In this document: positions 1-9,683 of the stretch, piece after piece
How positions within the stretch are numbered: the stretch's first letter is position 1
How the letters are laid out: every line of letters starts with the position of its first letter
NCBI GenBank assembly: GCA_965216875.1
Contig: OZ244207.1
Coordinates: 3,424,001-3,488,000 of the forward strand
Direction of reading: 5' to 3'
DNA from: Rubripirellula sp.
GTDB lineage: Bacteria > Planctomycetota > Planctomycetia > Pirellulales > Pirellulaceae
DNA: 64,000 nt
Position numbers and translations under genes: made by a program
Notes under the pieces: model-generated
Database searches by the model: none
What the model was told of the DNA's origin: nothing
What the model saw: the letters and a program-made list of their open reading frames with translations, nothing else

Positions 1-1651
1 GGAACATCCCCTCCATGCCAAAGGTTCGCGATTCGTCAGGAACGATCGGGACCATGTACTTGCCAATCTTCTTGTCGCGGCAAAGTGCAACAAGCGTTTG
101 GACGACGGCAAACGTCGTGCTGATGCTCTTGTTTTCGAGCTTCGAAATGACCTTGCCCATTTCGTCCAAGGTCGGGACTTCAAGCTTCGGATGTTCGGTC
201 GGACGCGATGGCACGGGCCCACCGAGCGCTTCGCGGCGTTCGCGAACGTATTTCAATTCCGCACTATTCTCTGGCGGACGATAGAACGGTGCGTTGCCGA
301 CTTCTTCGTCGCTGATCGGAATGTTGAAACGAGTTCGGAACTCGAGCAGTTCCTCTTCATTCATCTTCTTTTGGTTGTGAGCGATGTTGCGGCCTTCGCC
401 CGCTTCACCCAAGCCATAGCCCTTGACGGTCTTGGCCAAAACAACGGTCGGTTTGCCATTGTTCAACTCGGTCGCTTCTTTGAACGCGGCATAAACCTTT
501 TCGGGGTCGTGGCCGCCGCGACGCATCTTTTCAAGTCGTTCGTCGCTGTAGTTTTCGACAAGCTGCAACAGTTCGGGGTATTTACCGAAAAAGTGTTCGC
601 GAATGTAGCTGCCAGGCATACCGGTGTATTTTTGGTATTGGCCGTCCACGACTTCGTTCATTCGCTTGGCGAGCAAACCGGTCGTGTCCTTGGCAAGCAG
701 TTGATCCCAATCGTCACCCCAGACGACTTTGATCACGTTCCAACCCGCACCGCGGAAGATGCCTTCGAGTTCTTGGATGATCTTGCCGTTACCACGAACG
801 GGGCCGTCAAGACGTTGCAGGTTGCAGTTGATCACGAAGATCAGATTCTGCAGTTTCTCACGAGCTGCCAAGCCAATCGCGCCAAGCGTTTCGGGTTCGT
901 CGCATTCGCCGTCACCGAGGAATGCCCAAACACGCTGGTTCGAAGTGTCTTTCAGGCCGCGGTCGCGCAGGTATTCGTTGAACCGCGCTTGGTAGATCGC
1001 CATGATTGGCCCCAAGCCCATCGAGACGGTCGGGTATTCCCAGAAGTCGGGCATCAACCAAGGGTGCGGGTAACTCGAAAGGCCCGAGACGGGGCGTAGT
1101 TCGCGGCGGAAGTTCTCGAGGTTTTCTTCCGACAACCGGCCTTCCAAAAAGGCTCGGCTGTACATGCCGGGTGACGCGTGGCCTTGGAAGTAGATGGTGT
1201 CGCCCGAGTACCCGTCGGCGCCACGGCCGCGGAAGAAGTGGTTGTAGCCAATTTCGTAGAGCGTCGCACTCGAAGCGAACGTGCTGATGTGGCCACCGAC
1301 CCCGCCGGCACGCTTGTTGGCTCGAACCACCATCGCCATCGCGTTCCAACGAACGATCGATTTGATCCGTCGCTCGAGTTCGCGGTTGCCAGGAAACGCG
1401 GGTTGGTCTTTGACCGGAATGGTGTTGATGTAAGGGGTCTTGGTGTCCTCGGCCGACTGAATGCCCTCTTCAGCAGCGCGATCACGCAGTTGTTCAATCA
1501 GGAAGCGGACGCGGTCGGGTCCTTTGCTCTTCAAAACGTAGTCGAGCGATGCGAGCCACTCTTGGGTTTCGGCGACATCGACATCGACGTCCTTCGCTGG
1601 CTTTTCAAGTTCGCCAAGCTTGTCGACGGCGACCGTTTTTGAATCCGACAT
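1..1651 (-). CDS. aceE: Pyruvate dehydrogenase E1, homodimeric type (3' end runs off window)
   Basis: Not in ORF track; read manually from ATG at 1651: MSDSKTVAVDK...ETQEWLASLD...IVRWNAMAMVVRAN...GGHISTFASSATLYEIGYNHFFRG...YFQGHASPGMY...LSSYPHPWLMPDFWEYPTVSMGLGP, characteristic AceE motifs. Confidence 0.95.
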   Translation of the reverse strand, partial: MSDSKTVAVDKLGELEKPAKDVDVDVAETQEWLASLDYVLKSKGPDRVRFLIEQLRDRAAEEGIQSAEDTKTPYINTIPVKDQPAFPGNRELERRIKSIVRWNAMAMVVRANKRAGGVGGHISTFASSATLYEIGYNHFFRGRGADGYSGDTIYFQGHASPGMYSRAFLEGRLSEENLENFRRELRPVSGLSSYPHPWLMPDFWEYPTVSMGLGPIMAIYQARFNEYLRDRGLKDTSNQRVWAFLGDGECDEPETLGAIGLAAREKLQNLIFVINCNLQRLDGPVRGNGKIIQELEGIFRGAGWNVIKVVWGDDWDQLLAKDTTGLLAKRMNEVVDGQYQKYTGMPGSYIREHFFGKYPELLQLVENYSDERLEKMRRGGHDPEKVYAAFKEATELNNGKPTVVLAKTVKGYGLGEAGEGRNIAHNQKKMNEEELLEFRTRFNIPISDEEVGNAPFYRPPENSAELKYVRERREALGGPVPSRPTEHPKLEVPTLDEMGKVISKLENKSISTTFAVVQTLVALCRDKKIGKYMVPIVPDESRTFGMEGMF

Positions 1652-2169
1652 ATTCTCTCGTTCCTCGTACTTCAGCTCACAGCGACCGATCGTCTTGGCC
1701 GGCATTGATGTGATCTTGCTCGGTGCTCGCAAATCTGGACCGCGCGATGGAATGCGACGGTGATTCCAGAATGGATGGCGGCACGCCATCGGACCGAATA
1801 GGTTTCAATTCTTGGGACGGTTTGCAGAGGGATTTTGGGCAAATTCCCCACCGAACCCTAGTTGTTGCCCTCTCTTTTCTCCAGTCAGGGTAGCGACCAC
1901 ACGGTAAAACCGACAAGGTGAGACAGACGAGCCCCCTCGCAGGCCCCGGTATGGGGGCCTGATGGCAATCTGCCGTCCCTTATTTCTTGCCTATCCTACC
2001 AGGGTAGGGTTGGCAAAATGGGCATTTCGCCCGCCTGCCGAATTGGTCCGCGAACCAGGGGTGGCCGGGAGTGTCTAAAGGTGCTTGGCTAATTTTACCG
2101 AGCTCTACAGTTTCCTGATGCTCCGGTTCACTGGCGAACCGGTGCCCGATAACCACGCGAGAAGAAATC

Positions 2170-2631
2170 ATGAGCGACGCAAAACGGAACGAAATCGTCC
2201 AGGAACTGACCAAGTCCTACTGGATGGAACTCGAAACGGTCCTCAACTATCTGGCCAACAGCGTCAACCTCGATGGCGTTCGCGCCGAGGAGATCAAGAA
2301 GTCGTTGTCGGCCGATGTGACCGAAGAAATGCTGCACGCAACGCAGCTGGCCAATCGAATCAAAACGATCGATGGCAGTGTCCCCGGCAGCGAACAATTC
2401 ACAGCAGTCCAATCGACACTCCAGCCGCCGGCCGACAGCACCGACGTCGTGGCGGTGATCAAGGGTGTGATCGATGCCGAGGAAGCCGCAATTGCCCAAT
2501 ATGAAAAAATCATTCGGCTTTGCGACGGTTTCGACTATGTCACCCAGGACCTTTGCATCACACTGCTTGCCGACGAACAACAACACCGCCGTGAGTTTGT
2601 CGGATTCCTGAAAGAGTACGAGAAAGAGTGA
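2170..2631 (+). CDS. Ferritin-like (bacterioferritin/rubrerythrin-like) di-iron protein
   Basis: 153 aa; four-helix di-iron pattern ELETVLNY / EEMLH / EEAAIAQY / DEQQH. Confidence 0.85.
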   Translation: MSDAKRNEIVQELTKSYWMELETVLNYLANSVNLDGVRAEEIKKSLSADVTEEMLHATQLANRIKTIDGSVPGSEQFTAVQSTLQPPADSTDVVAVIKGVIDAEEAAIAQYEKIIRLCDGFDYVTQDLCITLLADEQQHRREFVGFLKEYEKE

Positions 2632-2659
2632 GATGCCGCTTTGGGGCGGCACCCCTGTC

Positions 2660-3475
2660 ATGCAAGACAACGTCATGCAACACAATGACACGCCGCATCC
2701 TTTCGCAAACGTAGCCGCGGTCGTCACCGGTGCATCAAGTGGCATCGGACAAGCGGCCGCGATTGCACTGGCCGGCGCGGGTGCTGCCAAGATCGGCATT
2801 CATTTCCGCAACAATGAAGCGGGAGCAAAAGAGACGGCAGCGCGTTGCAAAGCACTCGGTGCCAACGTCGCAACGTTTTGCGCCGACCTGAGCAATCAAG
2901 CCGACATCGATCGGCTCGCCGACGAAACCTTCGAGACACTCGGCACGATCAACGTTTGGGTCCACAACGCAGGCGCCGATGTCCTCACCGGCAGCGCTGC
3001 GGATCAATCGTTCGAGGACAAGCTGCGCCGGCTGCTCGAGGTCGATGTGATCGGCACGATCGCATTGGCACGAACCGTTGCCGATCGAATGTCCCAGCAA
3101 ACGACGAACCATCCTTCTTCCATGGTGCTCATCGGTTGGGACCAAGCACCGCTAGGGATGGAAGGAGACGCAGGACAAATGTTTGGTCCGGTGAAGGCTG
3201 CCGTGATGGCTTTTTCGGCAAGCCTCGCGCAGAGCGTTGCGCCGAAAGTCCGCGTCAACACCGTCGCTCCCGGTTGGATCAAAACATCCTGGGGCGACAC
3301 GGCGAGTGATTATTGGGACCGACGGGCAAAAGGCCAAGCATTGATGAACCGCTGGGGTTCCCCAGAAGATGTTGCGCGAGCCGTCGTCTTTGCAAGCGAT
3401 CCGAACAATACTTTCTTGACCGGGCAAACCATCGAAGTCAACGGTGGCTGGAACCGCAAGTTCGACGTGCGGTAG
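2660..3475 (+). CDS. Short-chain dehydrogenase/reductase, atypical active site (start 2633, 2660 or 2675)
   Basis: VTGASSGIG, HNAG, RVNTVAPGWIKT; YxxxK position reads FGPVK. Confidence 0.9.
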   Translation: MQDNVMQHNDTPHPFANVAAVVTGASSGIGQAAAIALAGAGAAKIGIHFRNNEAGAKETAARCKALGANVATFCADLSNQADIDRLADETFETLGTINVWVHNAGADVLTGSAADQSFEDKLRRLLEVDVIGTIALARTVADRMSQQTTNHPSSMVLIGWDQAPLGMEGDAGQMFGPVKAAVMAFSASLAQSVAPKVRVNTVAPGWIKTSWGDTASDYWDRRAKGQALMNRWGSPEDVARAVVFASDPNNTFLTGQTIEVNGGWNRKFDVR

Positions 3476-3815
3476 GTCATGCTCCGCATGACACCCAAAA
3501 TCCGCCGTAGCTACGCTCGCCAGAGCGTGGTGTGCTGAAGTTCTAGGGAAGCCACAGAGGGCACAGAGAAAGAAACCGAAAGGTTGCGCGAAATTCGTGC
3601 TCGTGCTCCTGCTCGTCAAAAAATCAGCGGCTAGCTAGCGTCTTGTCGCTCATCGAGAGCCGCGATCGCGTAAGCGGCCGGGCCTTTCCCCCAGTAACAC
3701 GCGCCAGCACCTGTCATGCGGAGCATGACCTACGAAGAGGACGCGGAGCGTCCAAGAGTGCGTCCCCACGCGGAGCGTTGGGACGAGGTAATACTTTCGC
3801 GGAGCGAAAGGCGAC
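3472..3815. repeat. Mosaic cluster of REP-like palindromes from several families
   Basis: GTAGGTCATGCTCCGCATGACA at 3472-3493 and inverted at 3712-3733; GTAGCTACGCTCGCCAGAGCGTGG 3507-3530; AGCCACAGAGGGCACAGAG ~3550; GGACGCGGAGCGTCC ~3740; TACTTTCGCGGAGCGAAAGGCGAC 3792-3815. Confidence 0.85.
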
Positions 3816-4593
3816 TATGGCAACTGAAAAATTCGCTTGGCGTTTTCGGTTGTCTTTTCGGCTAGCTCTTCCGCCGTCACTCCGCGGACTTCGGCCAAGC
3901 ACCGTAGCGTGTGCTCGACGCGGGCCGGTTCGTTGGGTCGCTTCCCTCGCAAAGGCTCGGGACTGAGGTAGGGTGCGTCGGTTTCGACGAGCAGACGATC
4001 CTCGGGGACAATCGCGGCGACCTCACGAAGCTCGTCGCTTTTCTTGAACGTAACCATTCCGGCAAAACTGATGTACAGATCCATCGAAAGACACTGCTTG
4101 GCCAGATCGAGGTCGCCGGTAAACGAATGCATGATGCCCGGCGGACAGATGCCTGGCGCCGCAATTGTTCAACGATCAACTGGCCACTTTCACGCATGTG
4201 AATCACCATCGGCAAATGCGTGTCGCGACAGAGTTGCAGGTGCCAATCAAAATACTCGTGCTGCATTTCGATCGGCGTGTCATCCCAGTAACAGTCGAGG
4301 CCTGTTTCGCCGATCGCGCGAACGCCGGGCATGCCCGACAGCTCTTCGATGATCTTGAAATCACCCTCTTGGGCTTCGGCGGCCGAGTTGGGTTGAATGC
4401 CGACGGCTGCGAAAAGGTATCCCGGATGAGCCGCCGCCAATTCACAGGCTCGGCGACTGGTGGCGACATCGATGCCAATCACCATGATGCCGGTCACGCC
4501 AGCTTGTTTGGCTCGCTCAACCACCTCGTCGACGCTGTCGTCAAACTGGCTGACATTCAAGTGCGCGTGGGTGTCAAAAAGTGAAAGCGTCAT
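3815..4593 (-). pseudogene. tatD: TatD-family hydrolase split by a 1-nt frameshift near 4143 (pseudogene or sequencing error)
   Basis: N-half (LFDTHAHL, IGETGLD, MVIHMRE) lies in ORF 3877..4929; C-half (MHSFTG, LLVETDAPYL, PNEP) lies in ORF 3815..4132; ATG 4593 overlaps the upstream TGA. Confidence 0.9.
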
Positions 4594-5645
4594 GTGCTCC
4601 AGAAGAAGCGTGTGAGGTGATAGAAGACCGGTGCGGCAAAACAAATGTTGTCGATTTGGTCGAGCACACCGGCGTGTCCTTGAACGAGCGTGCCGGTGTC
4701 TTTCACGCCGCGGTCCCGCTTGATCGCACTCATCGTCATCGTACCGGCACAGGCCATGACGGTGACGACGGCGCCGAGAATGCCGGCTTCCCATGGATGG
4801 AAGGGGGTCGCCCAGCAAAGCGATGCGGCGACGATTCCGGTTGTCACCATCGACCCCAAAAAGCCTTCCCATGTTCGCGATGCGTTGATTTTTTCCGCGA
4901 TCACATGACGCCCGGCGATCTTGCCCCACGCACGTTCAAAGACTGAAGCCAATTGAGCGATCAAAACAAAGAAGACCAACACACTGGCGTTCTTTCCGGT
5001 CCACGGTGTGCCGCCTGTTGTCACGAGCGTCAAATCGAGGATCGCGGGGGCGTAACTCAGTGAGTAGACACAGATCAGCAGCCCCGCCTGGATCTTTGCG
5101 CTCCGTTCAAGGAACCGCTTGTAGTCTCCCGCGATCGCCGCCCGCGCCGGAATGAACAGGCTCGCGTAGACCGGGATCATGATGCTGTAGAACTCGTAGT
5201 AGTCGATTCCATCAGGACCGCCGCCGAGCGCCGCGGGCGGATTGCTTCCCAGTCCAATCAAGATGTACTGCAGCGGCGTGAAGATAAAGAACACCCAAAA
5301 GAGCGTTCGATGGTCGCCGCGCCGCGTCGGCGTCATCGTGATGAACTCACGCAGCGCCCAGAACGAGACGAGCCCGAAGAGGACCACGACACCCACCCGC
5401 CCGAGCAGAAAGCCGAACAGGAAGATGGCGCTCATCATCCACCAGACACGAAGCTTGTGATTGAAGCGTCGAATCAAAGTCGATTCGACACCCATCTTCT
5501 CGCGTCGCGACAGAACCAATCCGACAACACTCGCAATACCGAGTGTTCCCAGAATCAGGCCCAACAGAATGTAGGTGCGTGAATCGGCCCACTGGCCAGC
5601 GGCCAGCAGTGAAGTGTTTGCAAAGATGTCGGCGGCTCCCGGCAT
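4590..5645 (-). CDS. Phosphatidate cytidylyltransferase family protein (YnbB/CdsA-like)
   Basis: Multi-TM; INASRTWEG and SAIKRDRGVKDTGTLVQGHAGVLDQID signature. Confidence 0.88.
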   Translation of the reverse strand: MPGAADIFANTSLLAAGQWADSRTYILLGLILGTLGIASVVGLVLSRREKMGVESTLIRRFNHKLRVWWMMSAIFLFGFLLGRVGVVVLFGLVSFWALREFITMTPTRRGDHRTLFWVFFIFTPLQYILIGLGSNPPAALGGGPDGIDYYEFYSIMIPVYASLFIPARAAIAGDYKRFLERSAKIQAGLLICVYSLSYAPAILDLTLVTTGGTPWTGKNASVLVFFVLIAQLASVFERAWGKIAGRHVIAEKINASRTWEGFLGSMVTTGIVAASLCWATPFHPWEAGILGAVVTVMACAGTMTMSAIKRDRGVKDTGTLVQGHAGVLDQIDNICFAAPVFYHLTRFFWST

Positions 5646-5711
5646 TAGCGCGCTCGTCTGTAATGCTCAACCTGTCGGTGGGCAACCTGTCGAGTTCGAT
5701 CGTGACTGTTG

Positions 5712-6785
5712 CTACTTCGCAAGTCGCTCGATCACGGCGTCGCCCATGGCGTCCGTCCCGACGCTTTCGCCACCGCGGGCAATGTCTGCTGTGCGCAATC
5801 CGTCGGCAAGCGTCTTGGCGACCGCTGCTTCAATCGCATCCGCTTCGGCATGCATGTCGAGTGAATGTCGAAGCATCATTGCGGCTGCGAGAATGGTGGC
5901 CAGTGGGTTGGCAATGTTCTGGCCAGCGATGTCGGGAGCCGATCCGTGAATCGGTTCATAGAGTCCGGGGCCGCCATCACCGAGCGATGCGCTTGGCAAC
6001 ATCCCAAGCGAGCCGGGCAACATCGATGCCTCGTCGGTCAAGATGTCGCCAAACATATTGCCGGTCACCACAACGTCAAAATCAGCGGGACGATTGATCA
6101 GGTGCATTGCCATCGCATCGACAAGCACGACGTCGTATTGCACATCAGGAAACTCTTCGGCCATCACGCGTGCGGCGACCTGGCGCCACAAGCGACTCGG
6201 CTCGAGCACGTTGGCCTTGTCCACGCTCGTCAATCGGTTGTCGCGATGCTGGGCCGCCTTGGCTGCCATCCGCACGATGCGTTCAACTTCTGGAACGCTG
6301 TAGACCATCGATTGGTGAGCCGATTCGTCGGCACCGCTGCCCTCGCGTCCCGAAGGGCCAAAGTAGATCCCGCCGGTCAATTCGCGGAAGAACAAGATGT
6401 CAGTTCCCGAGATGATGTCGGGGCGAAGTGGCGAGGCATCAGCCAATTCGTCGAACAATCGAATCGGACGCAGGTTCGCAAACAGTTGCAGCTCTTTGCG
6501 AATCTTCAACAATCCCGCTTCAGGACGAGTCTTTGCTGACGGATCATCCCACTTCGGTCCACCGACGGCACCAAGCAAGATTGCATCGCTCGCGCGGCAG
6601 GCGTCGACGGTTTCTTGGGGAAGCGGATCGCCGCAGGTATCGATGGCGATGCCGCCGATCATGTGCGAGGAGAATTCGAATTCGTGACCAAACTGGCTTG
6701 CGACCGAGGTCAAAACCTTTTCGGCGGCTGCAACGATTTCGGGTCCGATTCCGTCACCGGGAAGGAGAACGATGTTGGCTTTCAA
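5712..6785 (-). CDS. leuB: 3-isopropylmalate dehydrogenase (probable TTG start at 6785)
   Basis: [52 protein letters not shown]. Confidence 0.96.
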   Translation of the reverse strand: MKANIVLLPGDGIGPEIVAAAEKVLTSVASQFGHEFEFSSHMIGGIAIDTCGDPLPQETVDACRASDAILLGAVGGPKWDDPSAKTRPEAGLLKIRKELQLFANLRPIRLFDELADASPLRPDIISGTDILFFRELTGGIYFGPSGREGSGADESAHQSMVYSVPEVERIVRMAAKAAQHRDNRLTSVDKANVLEPSRLWRQVAARVMAEEFPDVQYDVVLVDAMAMHLINRPADFDVVVTGNMFGDILTDEASMLPGSLGMLPSASLGDGGPGLYEPIHGSAPDIAGQNIANPLATILAAAMMLRHSLDMHAEADAIEAAVAKTLADGLRTADIARGGESVGTDAMGDAVIERLAK

Positions 6786-7169
6786 TGGACTGCTGGTGAT
6801 TACTTGAGAGATGGTCAAAAACTCGCAACCGGCCGGCTGCGACAGGAGGTTTTGGGAATACGCGAGCCGACAATTTAGTCGAAGAGTCACGATTGCCCAA
6901 TGGACGCACAATACGGCTTGGCGGCACCTGGCGAGAAAAAGTGGATTCCGGCGGGGCTTGGACCGAAAGCCAATCGCCCCCTTCTGCCTTACCCGCAAAA
7001 CCGGTCCAACCCTCGGCGACGAGCGATTCCTTGCCCTCCGAGAGGATGCCGATTCCAGCACATGGGCTCGCGAGGCGCATGCTTTTAGGTAGGGAGTCCC
7101 CGCCATTCACAGACCGCTCTCGGCGCATCACTTCGTCGCCGAGAGCTCTCGCGCGCCTCAGGACGAGTC

Positions 7170-8384
7170 ATGCTAGATCACACCGTTTCTACCCCCGCTG
7201 CCGTGCCGGTTGTGGTGGCACCCCAATCGCCTGAGGCGACGAGCGACCCGGGCGCATCGCAGCAACCATCACAAAAAACACTCAATGTGTTGCACGTCGT
7301 CAACGGCGAACACTTTGCGGGGGCCGAACGGGTTCAATCACATCTCGGCCGCTGCTTGCCACAATTTGGTGTCGAAGCCGATTTCGCATGCGTCAAACCG
7401 GGACGCTTCTCGGCGATGCTTGATGAACAGGCTGGCCAATGGGGCAGCGGATTCGCGACGCCGATGAAAGGTCGTTTTGACCTTCGCCCCGCTTGGCGAA
7501 TCGCGGACCTCGTCAAACAAAACAATTACGACCTGCTACACGCCCACACGCCTCGAACCGCGATGATCGCGTCGGTAGCCTCACGCCGTTCTGGAACTCC
7601 GTGGATCTATCACGTTCACAGTCCCGCCTCGCGCGACTCGGCCAACTCGCTTTCCAATCGCGTCAACGCGTGGATCGAAAAAGGCTCACTGCGAAACTGC
7701 GCCCATCTGATCACCGTCTCGCAGAGTTTGCGAAACGAGTGTTTGTCACAGGGTTACTCGGAAGATGAAGTGACCGTCGTTCACAACGGAGTACCGGCGA
7801 TCCGCCATCAACGCGAAGCAACACCCAAGGTGGGCGGCACGTGGACGCTCGGTATGATCGCGTTGATGCGGCCGCGAAAAGGTTTGGAAGTGGTGCTTGA
7901 TGCGCTGGCCAAATTGGTGGCTGATAATCATGACGTGGTGCTGCGATGCATCGGTCCGTTTGAAACCGATGAATACGAAGCGGAGATCGAAGCTCAAATC
8001 ACAAAGCTCGGCATCGGCGATCGCGTGCATCGCACCGGATTCACCAACAACGTGCCACGTAGCCTCTCCAAGCTAGACGCCATGGTCCTGCCAAGCCTGT
8101 TCGGCGAAGGGTTGCCCATGGTTGTGCTTGAAGCGATGGCCGCTGCCGTGCCTGTGATCGCAACGCGAGTCGAAGGCACCCCCGAAGCGGTCACCGATGG
8201 CGTCGAGGGATTGCTGGCCGAGCCGCGCGATCCGGAAAGCTTGGCCGGCGCCATCGAGCGATTGATCAACGGCGCGGTCGATTGGAAAGAAATGGGCGAA
8301 GCGGCCTGCAAGCGTCACAACGAATCGTTTTCCGACATCGCCATGGCCAAACACACTGCCGAAGTCTATCGGCGAATCGTGTAG
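7170..8384 (+). CDS. Glycosyltransferase family 4
   Basis: FAGAER, LLHAH, PRKG, LPSLFGEGLPMVVLEAMA (EX7E). Confidence 0.92.
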   Translation: MLDHTVSTPAAVPVVVAPQSPEATSDPGASQQPSQKTLNVLHVVNGEHFAGAERVQSHLGRCLPQFGVEADFACVKPGRFSAMLDEQAGQWGSGFATPMKGRFDLRPAWRIADLVKQNNYDLLHAHTPRTAMIASVASRRSGTPWIYHVHSPASRDSANSLSNRVNAWIEKGSLRNCAHLITVSQSLRNECLSQGYSEDEVTVVHNGVPAIRHQREATPKVGGTWTLGMIALMRPRKGLEVVLDALAKLVADNHDVVLRCIGPFETDEYEAEIEAQITKLGIGDRVHRTGFTNNVPRSLSKLDAMVLPSLFGEGLPMVVLEAMAAAVPVIATRVEGTPEAVTDGVEGLLAEPRDPESLAGAIERLINGAVDWKEMGEAACKRHNESFSDIAMAKHTAEVYRRIV

Positions 8385-8396
8385 TCGGCGCCGTTT

Positions 8397-8450
8397 GTCG
8401 TCCCGCCTTCAGGCGGATCGTGCGAAGATTCCGGCTAAAGCCGGTACGAC
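8397..8450. repeat. REP-like doublet, family GTAGTCCCGCCTT(C/T)AGGCGG...CCGGCTAAAGCCGGTACTAC
   Basis: Near-identical copy at 9576-9629, related copies at ~16217 and ~16367, half copy at 37987. Confidence 0.85.
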
Positions 8451-8464
8451 GAACAACGCATCAC

Positions 8465-8968
8465 CTACTGGTTCATCGTTGGATTATCGTCGAGGTCACC
8501 CTCGGTGATAATCGTGAACCCTTTTTCGTTAAGCGTTTCCATCGCCAGCTCGATGTTCTCGACCATGATCGCGACAGCCGGTTTGCCGTGCGGGCGGACG
8601 ATCAACGGGTAAGCCTGGATGATGTTCAACTCGGCTTGCAACAGTGCCGTGCAGACTCGCAGCAGCGGTTGAGGGCCCTCGGGCAATTCGACACCGACCA
8701 GATCGGTTTCGATCATGGCCAGGCCGCTGCGTTCGAGAATCTCGCGACCGCGATCGGCGTCGCTGACCAAGAAGCGGACGAACGCACATTCGGCGGCGTC
8801 ATTGATGGATAGGGCACAGACTCGGATTCCCGTTCCTTCGAATCGCTTGACCACTTCAAGAAGTTGGCCAACGCGGTTTTCAAGGAAGATCGTGAACTGG
8901 CGAATCGCAGGGAAGTTCCGTCCTCGAATCGTCTCGAAAGCTGTGCCCGAATCGTCCCCAATACTCAT
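8465..8968 (-). CDS. Tandem ACT-domain protein
   Basis: RQFTIFLENRVGQL ACT start and a second ACT-like repeat (ELNIIQAY). Confidence 0.8.
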   Translation of the reverse strand: MSIGDDSGTAFETIRGRNFPAIRQFTIFLENRVGQLLEVVKRFEGTGIRVCALSINDAAECAFVRFLVSDADRGREILERSGLAMIETDLVGVELPEGPQPLLRVCTALLQAELNIIQAYPLIVRPHGKPAVAIMVENIELAMETLNEKGFTIITEGDLDDNPTMNQ

Positions 8969-9138
8969 CGTGAATCCAATTTGATGCAGGTCGCTGGTGC
9001 CCGGGAAGTCGAAAGTTTAGGCTTCGAACGCCAGGATGGTCAATTCATTGCGACAATGGGGGCACTTTTTGCCCCTCCGATTCCCTTGTGGCTTTCCGCG
9101 GCAACCCATCCCCATTCCACGCGCCACTTGCCAACCTG

Positions 9139-9555
9139 ATGCCTGACTCGACCGCAAAGTCACCCGAGAAGCCACCGTTTCGCCACGAATTGACGATCCG
9201 AGTCAATTACAACGAGACCGATGGCCAGCGTCGCGTGCACCATGCGAACTATCTGAATTATTTCGAACGGGGACGCGTCGAGATGCTACGCGAAATGGGC
9301 ATCCTCTACAAAAAACTCGAAGACGACGGGCTGATGTTGGTCGTTTCGGAGATGAATGTTCGGTATCACGCAGCGGCTGAGTTCGATGATCTGTTGACCC
9401 TGGTCGCCGAAGTCACCCAGATCCGAAAAGTGCGTATCGGTCACCGTTACACGATCCATCGCGGTGATGAGTTGATCGTCGAAGCCGACTCGGTGATCGC
9501 CTGTGTCGACCGAAACGGAAAACCAAGTCGGCTGCCCGAGCAACTGCGAATGTAG
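9139..9555 (+). CDS. Acyl-CoA thioesterase (YbgC/4HBT family)
   Basis: RVNYNETDGQRRVHHANYLNYFERGR hot-dog motif. Confidence 0.9.
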   Translation: MPDSTAKSPEKPPFRHELTIRVNYNETDGQRRVHHANYLNYFERGRVEMLREMGILYKKLEDDGLMLVVSEMNVRYHAAAEFDDLLTLVAEVTQIRKVRIGHRYTIHRGDELIVEADSVIACVDRNGKPSRLPEQLRM

Positions 9556-9575
9556 TTCCGTCGGTAGGCAAGTTC

Positions 9576-9629
9576 GTAGTCCCGCCTTTAGGCGGAAGGT
9601 AAGAAGATTCCGGCTAAAGCCGGTACTAC
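9576..9629. repeat. REP-like doublet (same family as 8397)
   Basis: GTAG...CTAC-bounded pair of imperfect palindromes. Confidence 0.85.
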
Positions 9630-9683
9630 GAACGTTTGTCGCTACCCTGATTGGTGTCAATCACGGCACACGCGGAAATGGCG

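Noticed and set aside
98..1642. Plus-strand ORFs 98..1099 and 1178..1642
   Set aside because: Antisense shadows of aceE; the same applies to 13776..15131, 30220..31416, 51079..52185 and 54411..56501
6786..7106. N-terminal extension of LeuB in the ORF track (similar extensions for deoC, the sulfatase, the methyltransferase and DUF1549)
   Set aside because: Family similarity starts at downstream start codons; several extensions run through REPs or neighbouring genes
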